Part shown: one piece after another, positions 22,175 to 34,179 of the stretch
Layout of the letters: every line of letters starts with the position of its first letter
How positions within the stretch are numbered: the first letter of the stretch is position 1
NCBI GenBank assembly: GCA_963826525.1
Contig: CAWGXH010000004.1
Location: forward strand, 608,001 to 672,000
Reading direction: 5' to 3'
Length of the DNA stretch: 64,000 nucleotides
Source: an uncultured Methanomicrobiaceae archaeon
GTDB lineage: Archaea > Halobacteriota > Methanomicrobia > Methanomicrobiales > Methanoculleaceae
Notes under the pieces: generated by a model
The model's database searches: none
The model's input: the letters and a program-made list of their open reading frames with translations, nothing else
Told to the model about the DNA's origin: nothing
Program-made: the position numbers and the translations under genes

Positions 22175-22792
22175 ATGACCGCCTCATACGAGGATCTTCT
22201 GAAGAAGGCCTATACCAATATCACCGAGCCGACCGCGACCGAGGAGCGGTTCACCATCCCCCCGCCGCGTGTCTTCATCGAAGGAAAGACAACCGTCCTT
22301 GAAAACTTCGCCGAGATAGCCGATACGCTCAGGCGCGACCAGGATCACCTCATGAAGCACCTCCTCTCCGAGCTCGGCACCGCCGGGAAGATCGACGGGA
22401 ACCGTGCCATATTCAGCGGAAAGTTCGAGCAGGAGCAGATCGGCACGATCATCAAGGGTTACGTAGACGATTACGTCATCTGTTCCGAGTGCGGGAAACC
22501 GGATACCCGACTCGTGAAGGATGCCCGGATTCTCATGCTCCGGTGCGACGCCTGCGGAGGGCACCGTCCGGTGCGGAAGCGGAGAGCCGCCGCCGATGCC
22601 TCGGAGTCGTCGAAACTGGCTGAAGGAGCCATTCTGGATGTCACCATCCAGTTCCTCTCGAAACGCGGCGACGGCGTGGTCAAGATGGATCGCTACACGA
22701 TGTACGTCGCGAACGCAAAACCGGGCCAGTCCGTCAAGGTCAAGATCACCAGGATCGCAGGCTCGATCGTCTTCACTGAGCGGGCCGAGTGA
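22175..22792 (+). CDS. eif2b: Translation initiation factor aIF-2 beta with C-terminal TRAM domain
   Basis: [18 protein letters not shown]...CDACG zinc ribbon, TRAM tail. Confidence 0.95.
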   Translation: MTASYEDLLKKAYTNITEPTATEERFTIPPPRVFIEGKTTVLENFAEIADTLRRDQDHLMKHLLSELGTAGKIDGNRAIFSGKFEQEQIGTIIKGYVDDYVICSECGKPDTRLVKDARILMLRCDACGGHRPVRKRRAAADASESSKLAEGAILDVTIQFLSKRGDGVVKMDRYTMYVANAKPGQSVKVKITRIAGSIVFTERAE

Positions 22793-23410
22793 TCAGGGTT
22801 TCCTGATCTCGACCCACCATCCTGCCTCTTCTTCCCGGATGCAGTACACGGCAACGCCGCTTTCTTCGAGTTCTTCCATAAGAAGGGACTCTGGCAGGCT
22901 GCCGCTCCGGCGCTGTATATCCTCATCCCAGCGCGGGTTTTTGCGCCGCATCTTTGCAAAGATCGCTTCGCGGAGCGGAGCGGATCCGAAGCTTCCCCCG
23001 ATGTAGGCGACGCCGCCGGGAGAGAGCAGCCGCTCGATCTCGGCAAATGCATGGGCCCGGTCGGCCCAGAAGAAGAGTGACCCGCGGCTGACGGCAAGGG
23101 CGATGGTGCCGGACTTCACCGGCATGGTGTGCACATCGGCGACGATCGGGTCGACGAGCGATTCTACCCCGCTCCCAGCAGTGTTCTCCCGGGTGAAGAG
23201 CGCCATCGCCGGGTCACTGTCGAGCGCGATGCAGGGCAGCCCGCTTTCCCGGGCAAGAGCGATGGCGAGGAGGCCCGGACCGCTGCCGATATCCATACAG
23301 CGGCCGCTCCGTATCCCCGACCAGCCAAGGAGGCGGTGGGCGATGACGGGGTAGATCGGGGCGAAGACCTCCCGGGCGATCCGGTTGAAGCCTTCGGCGC
23401 TCTTCTGCAT
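22793..23410 (-). CDS. Class I SAM-dependent methyltransferase
   Basis: MDIGSGPG, ADVHTMP, VSRGSLFFW, RLLSPGG. Confidence 0.88.
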   Translation of the reverse strand: MQKSAEGFNRIAREVFAPIYPVIAHRLLGWSGIRSGRCMDIGSGPGLLAIALARESGLPCIALDSDPAMALFTRENTAGSGVESLVDPIVADVHTMPVKSGTIALAVSRGSLFFWADRAHAFAEIERLLSPGGVAYIGGSFGSAPLREAIFAKMRRKNPRWDEDIQRRSGSLPESLLMEELEESGVAVYCIREEEAGWWVEIRKP

Positions 23411-23419
23411 ACGCCCGGA

Positions 23420-23704
23420 TTACTTGGCGTTGATCGCCGCGAGCTCGCGAAGCAGTCCTGAGGCATAGCCGGAGAGCCTTTTTGCAGCATCCTGCACCGC
23501 ATCGAGCGGAGCGCGATCACCCTTTGTGGTGACGATGAGTTCGGGGTCGGAGAACTTGAACGGCTGCTTGTACTGCGCTACGTCCACGGCAGGGTCTTTC
23601 AGCAGCTCGTCGGTGAGGGCATTCATATAGGTGTTGCCTTCGCCTTCGAAGAGAATCCGTGCCTTCTTCTCCTCTAGCTCCAGAACTTTGATCTTAATGG
23701 CCAT
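23420..23704 (-). CDS. rpoL: DNA-directed RNA polymerase subunit L (Rpo11)
   Basis: IKVLE...FEGEGNTYMNALTDELLKDPAVDVAQY. Confidence 0.9.
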   Translation of the reverse strand: MAIKIKVLELEEKKARILFEGEGNTYMNALTDELLKDPAVDVAQYKQPFKFSDPELIVTTKGDRAPLDAVQDAAKRLSGYASGLLRELAAINAK

Positions 23705-23817
23705 ATGTACCCTAGGTATGGGGAGCGGAATTCCCATATACGTATGGGTCAGGCCCGCCGGGATGACAGGTCACCGTTTCCGGGGCGGGGCGACACCCGC
23801 ATCACCGGAAACTACCC

Positions 23818-24539
23818 CTACCACCGGAAGCATTCCATATCGTAGCCGGCATGGGGCATCCCGAACGGCACCAGGTGGCTCATATGGACGACCCGGTAGT
23901 CCCGGGCGCCGACCGATTCCGCGAGCCCGACGGCATCGGCGTAGTTCATGTGCTTGTGAATGGAGTAGCCGGCAGGGGCGATGCCGTCGACGAGGAGAAG
24001 GTCTACGCCGCAGAGGAGGTCGCGACTCTTCTCCGGGATATCGAGCCTGGTATCGGAGGTGTAGGCGATCCGAACGCTGTTGTGCTCAAGAAGGATGCCG
24101 ACGGTGTAGACCGACGGGTGGTTGACGGGAAAAAAGGTGCACCGGACGCCGAAGAGGTCGAAGGGAGTGTATGCCTCGACGGGATGCTGCGGAAGCGGGA
24201 GGAAGTGGAAAAACTGCGTGCAGTACCTCCATCACCGGCGGGGGAGCGTAGACGGGCGGCATCCCCTGCACCCGGTAGAACTCGCCGTAGCCGACGAAGT
24301 GGTCGTAGTGGCCGTGTGTCCAGACGACGGCGTCGATGTGAGGGGAGCATGCCCGCAGGAGCTGCTGGCGGAGGTCAGGCGAGGTGTCGATGAGGATATG
24401 TCTGCCCCCGACCTCGAGGAGCAGTGATGTCCGGAGGCGCGTCCTCCCCGACTCGAAGGCCGCACGGCAGGTCTCGCAGGCACACCCAATCTTCGGTGTC
24501 CCGATGGCGTCGCCGGTGCCGAGGAGCGTGAGGATCAGT
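23818..24539 (-). CDS. MBL-fold metallo-hydrolase (PhnP-like); frameshift near 24226; start reconstructed
   Basis: LLGTGDAIGTP, CxCxxC, THGHYDH, AYTSDT, KHMN, HMSH. Confidence 0.88.
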
Positions 24540-25835
24540 ACGTACGCCGGGCCAGTGCCCCGGATCACATTCCGCTCCTCGACCCGGAGCAGCCCTTGTT
24601 CGATGTCGACGGGCTCGAATCCGGCGGCGGTGCTCCATCAGTGCGGAGATTATCGCTTCTTTCATCATCATCCGGAGGTCGGAGCCCGAGAAACCCTCAG
24701 TCCGTGCGGCGAGGTCGGAAAAGTCGCAGGTGCAGTCGACGGAGGAGCCGACCTTCTCGAGGATCTGCCGGCGCATCTCCTCGTCGGGGAGCGGGAACTC
24801 GACGATATCGTCGAAGCGCCGCCACGCCGCCTCGTCGAGCAGCCGGGGGTGGTTCGTTGCGCCGATTAAGAGGACGCCGTTCTTCACGAAACTGATCTGG
24901 TCGATGTTCTTGAGGAGCATATTGACCGCCCGCTTCATGGCACCGTGATCGTCGGAGATGCGGGTCTTTGCGACGAAGTCGAACTCGTCGATGAAGAGTA
25001 TGCAGGGCGAGAGTTTCCTGGCGAGTTCGAAGATCCGGTCAATGTTCTTCGAGGTCTCGCCGAGGTACTGGGAGGTGACCATGGCAAGCCGGACTTCGAG
25101 GAGGGGCATGTGGAGTTCGCGGGACATCGCAAGCGCGAGCGACGTCTTCCCGGTGCCGGGCGGGCCGACGAAGAGGAGCCTGCCGAACTCGTAGATCCCC
25201 CGCGCCCTGAGGAAGTCTCGATTCTCAAGGGCGATGCCGATCTTCTGGATGGCTTCCATCTGCCGGGGCGTGCAGACCAGCCTGTCGAGAGAGAACTCGA
25301 TCTCGTCGGGGGCGTTGATGATGATGAGGTCGCGCGCCTCCCGCATCTCCTCGCTCTCCCCGACAACCCGCGAAACCCGGGCATCTAAGTACTCCTTCGT
25401 ATCCTCGAACCGGAAGTTATGCTTCCGGACATCCTGATAACTGACGGAGATGGAGTCTTTTCCCTCAAAGAAGTATGCAAGAACCGGGTTCTTCTCTATC
25501 CGGGGGGCTCCTCCCTTCTTGATAAACCAGACGGTCGCAGGGTCGAGCGAGGTGACGGAGAGACGCTGCCCGAACTCTTCATACCCGACGAAAGGGTTCT
25601 TCCGGATCGCCTGGACGGCGGCATCGTCACCATCGAAGACCTTCCTGATCGCCCCTTCGCTCACGAGCAGGGGGCGCTTGACCTCCGGGCTGCCTCCGCT
25701 ACCGGCACCGAAAAATCGCCGGATCTGCGGGTTTAGATCGTTTATGTCGAGATCCTGGTTTTTATTGAAGATCTCCGCCGTGAGCAGAATCTCCATGATA
25801 CCAAGGACGTCGCTGCTTCTCTCTTGGCTGGACAT
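24536..25835 (-). CDS. AAA+ ATPase (CDC48/FtsH-like core); frameshift near 24619
   Basis: GPPGTGKT, LFIDEFD, GATNHPRLLDEAAWRRFD, GFSGSDL. Confidence 0.92.
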
Positions 25836-25878
25836 AGGTCTGAACGAATATATGGGCGCGCGGGATCGATAAGCGTAG

Positions 25879-26754
25879 CTACCGGGTGGTGACGGTGCAT
25901 CCGTCTTCGATGACGATCAGGGTATGCTCCGCCTGCGAGACGAACGAGCCCGGTGTATCGTGGAGAACCGGGTAGGACTGGAGCGTCTGCGACCGCACAA
26001 GGCTCGCGAGGCCGATATCGACCTTATCCGTGTGCACCCAGCGGCGGGCGAACGGGAGGCCGCGGGACGACCTCGCCACCTCGAGGATGCGTTTTGCCGA
26101 GGGGAGCCGGGCGGGTTTCGTCGAGATCTGCCGGAAGATCTCGGCCCGCGCGCGTTCGGTGACCCGGCCGCTCCCGGTCGTAGCGAACGGTTCGATGGCG
26201 ACGACCATCCCCTCCTCAAGGACGGGGCCGCCGGCGGTGGCGATGTTCGGGATGTTCGAGCCTGCGTGGAGATCGAAGCGGCCAAGGCCGTGGCCGGTGA
26301 GGTTTGCAACCGGCTTATAGCCGAGCGCCTCTATCTCGCGCTGGATCGCGGCACCGATCTCGCCGGCGGTTATGCCCGGCCGTACCGTCGCGATCGCCGC
26401 ATCGAGGGCGTTTTTCGATGCCGCGACGAGCGATGCGTGGTTGCCGAGATCGACGGTCAGTGCCGTGTCGGCGATGTAGCCGTCGAGGTGCACCCCGAGG
26501 TCGACCTTGACGAGGTCACCCCGGGCGAAGAGACGCTCATCTCCCGGTGCGGCGGTGTCGTGGGCGGCATCCTCGTTGAAGGAGACGTTCAGGGGAAACG
26601 CAAGCGCTCCCCCCTCTTCGATCACCAGTCCTTCGACATGCTCAACCATCTCAAGGAGCCCCGCTCCCTCGCGCACCCTCTCCGCTCCGCGCCGGAGCGC
26701 CTTCGCTGCCAGCGCTCCTGCCTCTCTATACAGGTCATATTCCTCGCTCTTCAT
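25879..26754 (-). CDS. map: Type II methionine aminopeptidase
   Basis: AFPLN, AAHDT, KVDLGVHLDGYIADTA, NLTGH, AIEPFAT, QAEHT. Confidence 0.96.
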   Translation of the reverse strand: MKSEEYDLYREAGALAAKALRRGAERVREGAGLLEMVEHVEGLVIEEGGALAFPLNVSFNEDAAHDTAAPGDERLFARGDLVKVDLGVHLDGYIADTALTVDLGNHASLVAASKNALDAAIATVRPGITAGEIGAAIQREIEALGYKPVANLTGHGLGRFDLHAGSNIPNIATAGGPVLEEGMVVAIEPFATTGSGRVTERARAEIFRQISTKPARLPSAKRILEVARSSRGLPFARRWVHTDKVDIGLASLVRSQTLQSYPVLHDTPGSFVSQAEHTLIVIEDGCTVTTR

Positions 26755-27879
26755 AGTATAAGCTCCATTGGATACCGCGTGAACCGGTCAAAACCGTCCG
26801 CGCTCACCGCCCCCATATCCTCGAGGCGTACACCGCCGATCCCTTTGTAGTAGAGACCGGGTTCGATCGTCACTACGTTGCCGGCGATAAGGGTCTCGCC
26901 CGTGGGCCCGAGAGAGGGCTGCTCGTGGACGTCGAGCCCGACGCCGTGACCGAGGCTGTGGATGAAACCCTGGGTGTCGGTCGCATACCCACGTTCACGG
27001 AAGAACTCGACCACCCGCTGATAGAGATCCCCACCGCCGGCGCCGGGTCGAACCAGAGACGATGCCATCTCATGAGCGTCACGCACCGCCTCGTACATCT
27101 CGCGGATCTCGGGGGAGGGCTCTCCCCATACCACTGTGCGGGTCATATCGGCGTGATACCCGCTCTTTTCGTCCTGCGGGAAGATATCGATGACGATCGG
27201 CTCTCCTGCAAGAAGCGGCCCGCTCCCGGTATGGTGAGGGGACGCGGTGTCGGGGCCGCAGGCGACGATCGTTTCCCTCGCCACGCACCCGAACCCGAAG
27301 AGCAGACAGTGCATCTCCGCCCTGACCCGCTCGGAGGTGAGCGGTTCGCCGCCGTGATGGAGGACGCCGTCCACGGGGCGGGCGCTCCTGATCAGGGTGA
27401 CCGCCCGGTCCATCGCGGCCTCGGTGGCACGCTGCACCGACCGGATACTGCTCAAGCTCCTCCGGAGATTTGACCGCACGCATCGCCTCGACCGTACCGG
27501 CATCGAGCATGACCGGCACAAACCTCTCGATCTCGCGGGCAAGCCCGAGCGGGAAGCGCTCCGGCACCAGCACCGCCCCTCCTGCCAGATCTCCAATCAT
27601 GCGGGCGGTCGCCTCAGTCCGGCTCGCCCCGTCTTTGAGGTATTCGAAGAATCCTGCGTCGGACCGGGTGAGGACCGCGGCGCCGGATTCGCGCACCGCC
27701 CGCTCGTACTCCATCTGCGGTACGATCAGCATTCCCCGCTCACCGGGCTTTTTGATGAAGACCACCGGGTCGGTCGTCGTAAATCGGGTCAGGTAGCGCA
27801 CGTTCGCATCCGCCGACGGTCCGTACGCGACGTATGCGCACGCCCCCGCATCTCTGATCGCCGTATCCAGCATAGTCAT
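26751..27879 (-). CDS. Xaa-Pro aminopeptidase (M24B); frameshift near 27454
   Basis: RAVKSPEE, IDIFP, GYHADMTRT, HSLGHGVGLDVHE, TIEPGLY, GVRLED. Confidence 0.93.
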
Positions 27880-27935
27880 CCCATTCTCTCTTCCGGTGAA
27901 ACCACAAGTACTTTTACCATCATGTTCAAGTATGA

Positions 27936-28172
27936 ATGATGGATGAGGCAACCAAACAGGTCTTCAAAGGGAAGTTCGTCATCCTTACGGTGATGCTGAA
28001 TATTATCATCCTCTGTGTTGCGATGGGCGCCTTTATACTCTTCCGGTACTCGTCGAGCACCGCCGCGATCGCCCTCGGCGTCGTGCTGCTCGCCGTCGCG
28101 CTGGTCTCATTGCTCTCGTTCCGGAAACGCTACGGCGCGACGAAACTCTGGCTCGACGAGCACGCATCGTGA
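27936..28172 (+). CDS. Small two-TM membrane protein
   Basis: Two hydrophobic helices; followed by RBS and the next gene. Confidence 0.7.
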   Translation: MMDEATKQVFKGKFVILTVMLNIIILCVAMGAFILFRYSSSTAAIALGVVLLAVALVSLLSFRKRYGATKLWLDEHAS

Positions 28173-28178
28173 GGCGGC

Positions 28179-28514
28179 ATGGGGCAGAACGACAGCAGCG
28201 GGAGTCCGGCAGGTATGCTTGAGAAACTGAAGTCCGAGATTGAACTCGTAACCCGGCACCTGCAGGTGATACGGGCGGTCGCCGAGCACCAGCCGATCGG
28301 GATTATGAAACTCTCGGACATCCTCGACCTTCCCTATCACCGTGTCCGCTACTCGCTGCGTATCCTCGAGCAGGAAGGCTACATTCGCGCGTCGCCGGCA
28401 GGAGCGGTGGCGACCCCGCGTGCCGAAGAGTTGATCCGGGCTCTGGACGGTCAGGTCGACGACCTCATCGGGCTCCTGCAGACCCTCAGGGAGGAGAATT
28501 CCCGCAATCTTTAA
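28179..28514 (+). CDS. Winged-helix transcriptional regulator (archaeal conserved)
   Basis: QPIGIMKLS...HRVRYSLRILEQEGYIRASPAGA. Confidence 0.8.
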   Translation: MGQNDSSGSPAGMLEKLKSEIELVTRHLQVIRAVAEHQPIGIMKLSDILDLPYHRVRYSLRILEQEGYIRASPAGAVATPRAEELIRALDGQVDDLIGLLQTLREENSRNL

Positions 28515-28551
28515 TAGGCTTGCCGCAGACCTTAATAGAGCACTTTGTTGT

Positions 28552-28624
28552 GCCGCCATAACTCAGTTGGTAGAGTGGCTGGCTGTTAACCAGCATGTCA
28601 CAGGTTCGAGTCCTGTTGGCGGCG
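28552..28624 (+). tRNA. tRNA-Asn(GTT)
   Basis: GCCGCCA/TGGCGGC acceptor stem, GCTGG-CTGTTAA-CCAGC anticodon arm, GGTTCGAGTCC T arm; TTAATA box upstream. Confidence 0.96.
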
Positions 28625-28740
28625 TCCTGGAGTCGGATTCGATTCCTTTGCTTATTTTGTGTACTATTTCCCTGACGACCTTCCGTGCCCAGCGTAGCCT
28701 GGCCGCACCCGGAAGGCTATGAGGAGGCCCTGCTCCCCGG

Positions 28741-29821
28741 TCAGAGTTTCGGGACCGTGCATTCGGAGCAGAGCGGTATGGCCTGCCCGGAGAGCTTCGC
28801 TCTGCGGAAAGCCACGTATTTTTCGCCGTTCCAGATCTCTGAAAAATTCTCTTTCAGAATATTGCCGAAATTGAACTTCTCAGGGTCCGGATAGCACGAA
28901 CAGGGCACCGCATATCCATCGACGGTGATATAGCAGGATCTGAAGGCGTTTCTGCAGAGCCGCACGTCCTCGTGCAGATACGGGGGAATATCAGTGCCGA
29001 TAACTCCTCCATTCCGCAGGCCGAACCACTCAAACGGGATTCCATACTCTGTAGCCCGTCGTGCCGCCTCACGCAGAACGGTTCTGGTGCTCTCCGGATT
29101 CTCGCTCAACTTCAGGCCGGCCATGCGCTGATCCAGAACGTCTTCTCCAAAGACCAGGGCCTCCTGGGCAAACACGCGGTCAATCCCCCACTCGTGCGCC
29201 GTCGTAACAACATCCGGGAGATCGTGAATATTCTCTGTCGTCCCCGTGAACATAAATGCGAGCCGTGGTTTCCCGGGCTCCCGCCGATGCTCCATCAAAG
29301 TCTGCACGCTCCTACGGATGGTGTCAAAGCAGGAGCCCCTCCGTATCCTCTCAAAGGTGGAGGGAGAAGATGAATCGAAGGATACCGTCACCGAATCTAT
29401 CCCGGATGCAACCAGCTGACGAGCAACGGATTCATCGATAAGCATGGCATTCGTTGTTGTCCCGACGGCGATGCCGCGGCCTGTACAGTCGTGCACCATT
29501 TGCAAGAGATCCCTGCAGAGGAGCGGTTCCCCGATACCCTGGAGATGGATTCGCTTCAGATAGGGAAACTGCTCTACAATCTTCACGAAATCTGAAAACA
29601 GTAAGTCCATTCCTCCTCTGCTCCAGACAGAGTGCTCACAGAAAGGGCAGGAGAGATTGCACCGGGTTGTGGGTTCAATCTGAATTGTATCCGGTTGTGA
29701 AACCAGTCGTGTAAGCCCAAGTATCTGTTCGACCCTCCGGAGGAGGAGGTTGGTGAGATATGGTAATCGTCCATACAAAGCCAGACCCCCGGTGCTCCCA
29801 GTAAACCTGACTAAGAAACAT
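28741..29821 (-). CDS. Radical SAM/SPASM(Twitch) protein; probable homopolymer frameshift near 29788
   Basis: CNLSCPFC, QGIGEPLL, C...DGYAVPC...FGNI...IWN...CSEC; ATG 29821 joins the frame after removing one base. Confidence 0.88.
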
Positions 29822-29863
29822 ATACTTTCCGATCACGCAAGCGGCACCCTGAGGGGGCAGGTG

Positions 29864-30497
29864 CTACCGCCCTGACGCCCGCTCTTCGTAGCAGGGGATG
29901 CAGACCCGCTCCCCGTCGAGCATGCGCATCTTCGCATCGGCGACCGGCTCACCGCAGCAGGCGCAGGCGATCGACGCGAAGATCCGCGCCGTCTGCGGCG
30001 GCTCGACGGAGACTTCCCGGACGGCAACGACGCTCTCTTCGGGCAGGGTGAGAATCTGCTCCGTCACCGCCTGCATCAGTTCGTAGAACCGCTTGCTGCT
30101 CGTCGTCGGTCGCGTTGTCGGAGAAGACCTTCTTGCGGAGGTCGTCCATCTCTGACCGCTCCGGAATATCCGGATTGCAGACCAGAACACGGACAGCCCG
30201 TCCGCTCTCCCGGCTGATGAAAGTGAAGACGTGCTTTCCGTAATCCCTGATGAACAGGTTGCCCTTTCCGGCGGTACAGCCGGTGACCATCTGGATGGCA
30301 TCGACGCCGCATGCGTCCGTCTCCGCGATCGCGACCAGTTCCTCATCATACGGCCTTGCGACCCCAAGCGCCTTCATCGCGGCAAGGGATGCCCGGTAGC
30401 CGGTGGCAAGGCCGGGACATGCATGACCGTGGAACGTTACGCACTCCTCGAAGGAGGGATAGGAAAATCCGGGTGATCCGGAATCATTCTGACACAT
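29864..30497 (-). CDS. fmdE: FmdE-family protein with C-terminal zinc finger; frameshift near 30094
   Basis: FHGHACPGLATG, ETDACGVDAIQ, GCTAGKGN, CACCGE...CIPC. Confidence 0.88.
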
Positions 30498-30537
30498 AGA
30501 TAACAACTCGTCGTTTCTGAATTTGAGTCTTATTCAA

Positions 30538-31302
30538 TCAGCTATTCCCAATCTCGGGGACGACGCATCGAACGCCACCGAGTTCGCCGATGATCACCGG
30601 CAGGCCGTAGACATCCCGGATAATATCGGAGGTGATCCCATCGTGCCCGCCGCAGTGGTGCACCTTCCCGTCCTTCAGGAAGATGAACCGGTCGGCAAAC
30701 CGGAGGGCCTGGTTGAGGTCGTGCATGGTCATCACCGCCGCGATGTTATGCTGTCGGACGACGTCCACGATCGTGGTCAGGATCTCGACCTGGTTCTTCA
30801 GGTCGAGGCTGCTCGTCGGTTCATCGAGGAGGAGGACCTTCGGTTCCTGCACCAGCGCCCGGCCGATAGCGATCTTCTGCAGTTCCCCACCGCTCATCTC
30901 GTCGATGTAGGCGAGGCGGAGGTGATTCATGGAGAGGCGGTGGAAAATGGCGTCCACGATCGCCAGGTCACGCTCGGTGACATCCCAGCCGATATGGGGG
31001 CGACGGCCGAGGAGGACCGCATCGAACGCGGTCAGCCTGCCGGTCTCGACCCGCTGGGGGACATAGCCGACCCGGCGTGCGATCTCCATGATATCCAGCG
31101 TGACCAGGTCCTCCTCACCCAGGTAGACGGTTCCTCTCCGGGGGTGAAGGATGCGATTGAGGCATTTTAAGAGCGTCGTCTTCCCCACGCCGTTCGGGCC
31201 GAGGATGGCCACGACCTGTCCCGGCTCGATGGTGAATGCGATCTCCTGGAGCACCTCCCGGTTCCGGTAGAGGAACTCGAGGTTCTCGACGGAGAGGATC
31301 AT
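30538..31302 (-). CDS. Type II (iron-siderophore/cobalamin/metal) ABC transporter ATPase
   Basis: GPNGVGKT, MSGGELQ, LLLDEPTSSLD, MHDLN. Confidence 0.93.
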   Translation of the reverse strand: MILSVENLEFLYRNREVLQEIAFTIEPGQVVAILGPNGVGKTTLLKCLNRILHPRRGTVYLGEEDLVTLDIMEIARRVGYVPQRVETGRLTAFDAVLLGRRPHIGWDVTERDLAIVDAIFHRLSMNHLRLAYIDEMSGGELQKIAIGRALVQEPKVLLLDEPTSSLDLKNQVEILTTIVDVVRQHNIAAVMTMHDLNQALRFADRFIFLKDGKVHHCGGHDGITSDIIRDVYGLPVIIGELGGVRCVVPEIGNS

Positions 31303-32421
31303 CGCCGGTACCCCCGGAGGAGCAGGTAGATGAAGACCGGGGCGCCCATAAAAGCGGTCAGAACCGCCACGGGGAGCACGTACGGTGCCACGATGACCCG
31401 GGCGACGGTGTCGGAGGCGAGCAACAGGACGGCACCCATTACGCAGGAGCCGGGGATCAGGAATCGCTGGTCGTCCCCGATGATCCGCCTGACCATATGC
31501 GGGCAGACGAGCCCCACGAAGCCGATGACCCCGAGGAATGAGACGATCACCGCGGATACCAGCGCCGCAACGACCATTCCGATATTCCTGACCATCTCGA
31601 CGTTGACGCCAAGACCCTCGCGGTCTCGTCGCCGGCGTCGATGGAGTTGTAGTTCCAGCGGTTTGCGATGAAGAAGATGCACGCCGCTGCGACGACCACC
31701 GTCATGATCCCGAGTTCTTGCCAGTTGATACGGCCGACGTCGCCGAACGTCCAGAAGACGACCGCAGCGAGCTGGGCATCGCTGGCGAAGTACCTGGAGG
31801 AACATCGTGCCTGCGGTAAAGAGCGAGGAGAGCGCGACTCCCGCGAGCACCATCACCTCCGGCGACGCCCCCCGTACCCTCGAGATGAGCAGGATCACCG
31901 CGGTCGCAAGGAGGCAGAAGAAGAACGCTACCAGCGTCGTCAGGTAAGGATTGTTGATGGTGACGGCGTTCGCGACCGTCGACTGCATCTGTCCCGGTGC
32001 CGAGGATGATGACCGAGACCGCAGCCCCGAACGCACCGGCGTTCGAGATGCCGAGGGTGAAGGGCGAGCCGAGCGGGTTTCGAAGGATCGACTGCATCGC
32101 GACACCGGCTACCGAGAGCCCGACACCGGCGGCGATGGCGGCGAGCGCCTGCGGGAGGCGGATGTTCCAGATGATCGCATCCCACTTGGCCGATGTAGTG
32201 CCTATGTGGGGAACCCCCAGGTGAAGCGCCCAGTTGACCCAGTCGATTATACCGTTCACAATGGTGAGAAATACGTCATAGGGAGGAATACTTACCGCAC
32301 CGATCGAAATGGAGAAGATGAGGAGGATGAAGAGGAAGCCGGTCCCCCCCACGATCCAGAGGTGCTTGCGCCGCACGTACCCCAGGTAATCCGTAGGGAT
32401 TGCCCCGTCTGCAAAGTGCAC
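31299..32421 (-). CDS. FecCD/BtuC-family ABC permease; frameshifts near 31994, 31793 and 31616
   Basis: WNIRLP, QSILRNPLGSPFTLG, GVIGFVGLVCPH. Confidence 0.92.
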
Positions 32422-32470
32422 GCCTCTACAGCCTCCCCTGCAGTTGTGATCTCTCAGTGTTCATGTCGAA

Positions 32471-33626
32471 TCACAGCGGAATCTGCGTGAATCCCAGGTT
32501 CTCGTACTGAGCATTCAGGTCTGAGAAGACCGGTTCTCCGATGAAGAACGTATAGATCTCGTCTGCTTTCTGCACCGGGTCGACATCGGCAAATCGGTCG
32601 GGATAGAGCGTCTTCCCGATGAAGTAGGCGTCTGCGAGCACGGTCTCGTAGTTGGTGTTGTAGAAGTTGTACGGGAGGACGCCGTAGACGTTGCCGCTCT
32701 TCACCGCGGAGAGGCCCTTGAGTGACGGGTCGGTCTTCAGTTCTCCGACGGCACCTTTGTTGTCCGCCTGGATGGTGCCGGCGTCAACGAAGATGAACTC
32801 GGGATCCCAGTCGACGATTGCTTCTTTCGCAACATCGGCATGTGCCGTACCCATGCCAGCGGCGACGTTCTTTGCATGCACCCAAGAAAACGGCGGATAC
32901 GCTGGTTCGGTGGAGATGATGCCGTGGGCTCCGGCGGAACTCACGCCGCCGATGTAGACGGCCTTCTGTTCGGACTCGGGAATATCCCCTGTCCGGCGTT
33001 CCAGGTCGGCAATCGTCGCATCGACGTAGGCGATAACCTCTTCGGCCCGGTCCTGCTTCCCGAGAACCTGACCCATGGTACGGAGGCCGCCGTACATCTC
33101 CGCCTTCTCGGCGTCGTTCCGGAGCGAACCGTAGGGGAACGCCACAACGGCAATGCCGGTCTTATCCTGAAGTTTGTTCGCTTCTTCGGCACTCGTTCCG
33201 TATGCCGTCCCGCTCGAACCCGTCTTGAAGACGAGCTGCGGGTCGACGCCGATGATCTTCTCCGGGTCGTCCTTGCCCCGGAACTCGCCGATCAGGGGGA
33301 GATCCCTGAACTGCGACCCGTAAGCGAGAGTGTAGGGACGGCCTTCGATCGCCTGATCCTCCTTCTCGATAGAATCGACGCCGACGACGAGATCCTGCTC
33401 CTGCAGATACACGAGATAGCGCAGGCAGCCTGAACCGGAACAGACGACGCTCTCCGGGGGCGATGGTCACCGTGACCTCTCTCCCGAATCCGTCGGTGAC
33501 GGTGATCTCCGTTCCGGACGCGCTGCCGACGTCCCGCGTGGTCACAGACTCACCGGTACAGCCTGCAACGGCCACCATCCCGATGATAAGGAGCCCGATC
33601 AGAGTAACACTAAACTCATTTTTCAT
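32471..33626 (-). CDS. ABC substrate-binding lipoprotein; frameshift near 33463
   Basis: Lipobox VAGC, TDGFGREV, DPEKII, AVKSGNVY. Confidence 0.9.
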
Positions 33627-34179
33627 GTTATTTCCTCAGGAATATTCCATTAAGGATCTGAATTAGGCACACATAACTTAAAAATATTAGCAATTGGTAT
33701 CGATAATACCTTGAATGATAGTCACCAGCCTTAATTTTCCACGGACAGTCTCTGCCGTGGGACACCGTACCGGTGTCCTATTTAGAGCACCCGTAAGAGG
33801 AGCACACTTCAGCTACAGTCCATAGTCTGAAGGTCGCCGGAAGAGAATGAGGCGGATCACCGTACTCCCCCGGCAAATCGGTCGGCAGCGTGACGAATGC
33901 AGCCGGGAGATCGGTATCCCGGGCTCCAGAGAGAAGAGATGCGGTCAGATGAATGAAAAGTATCCGCCCATCTAGGTCACAGACACTGTCGATGCTCCGG
34001 GAGCAGTCGGCAGGACGGAATGTAAGAATGAGACCCACCGTCTTCCAGAGGGCGGACGTATGCGTGCTCCTGAAACAGTGCACGACCCGGAGAGTAGAAA
34101 GGCGTACCTCTGCGAGGCAGCAATCACGAAATCAGATCCTCTTCACACAACGAAAACAAGTATTTCGATGAAGAGGGAA

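Noticed and set aside
24536-24620. Apparent AAA ATPase-MBL hydrolase fusion after correcting one frameshift
   Set aside because: Removing one more C at GTAC restores an ordinary ATGA stop/start overlap (MILTLLGTG)
33735-33780. Riboswitch upstream of the ABC transporter
   Set aside because: Hairpins lie upstream of the likely TATA box and show no cobalamin-riboswitch consensus
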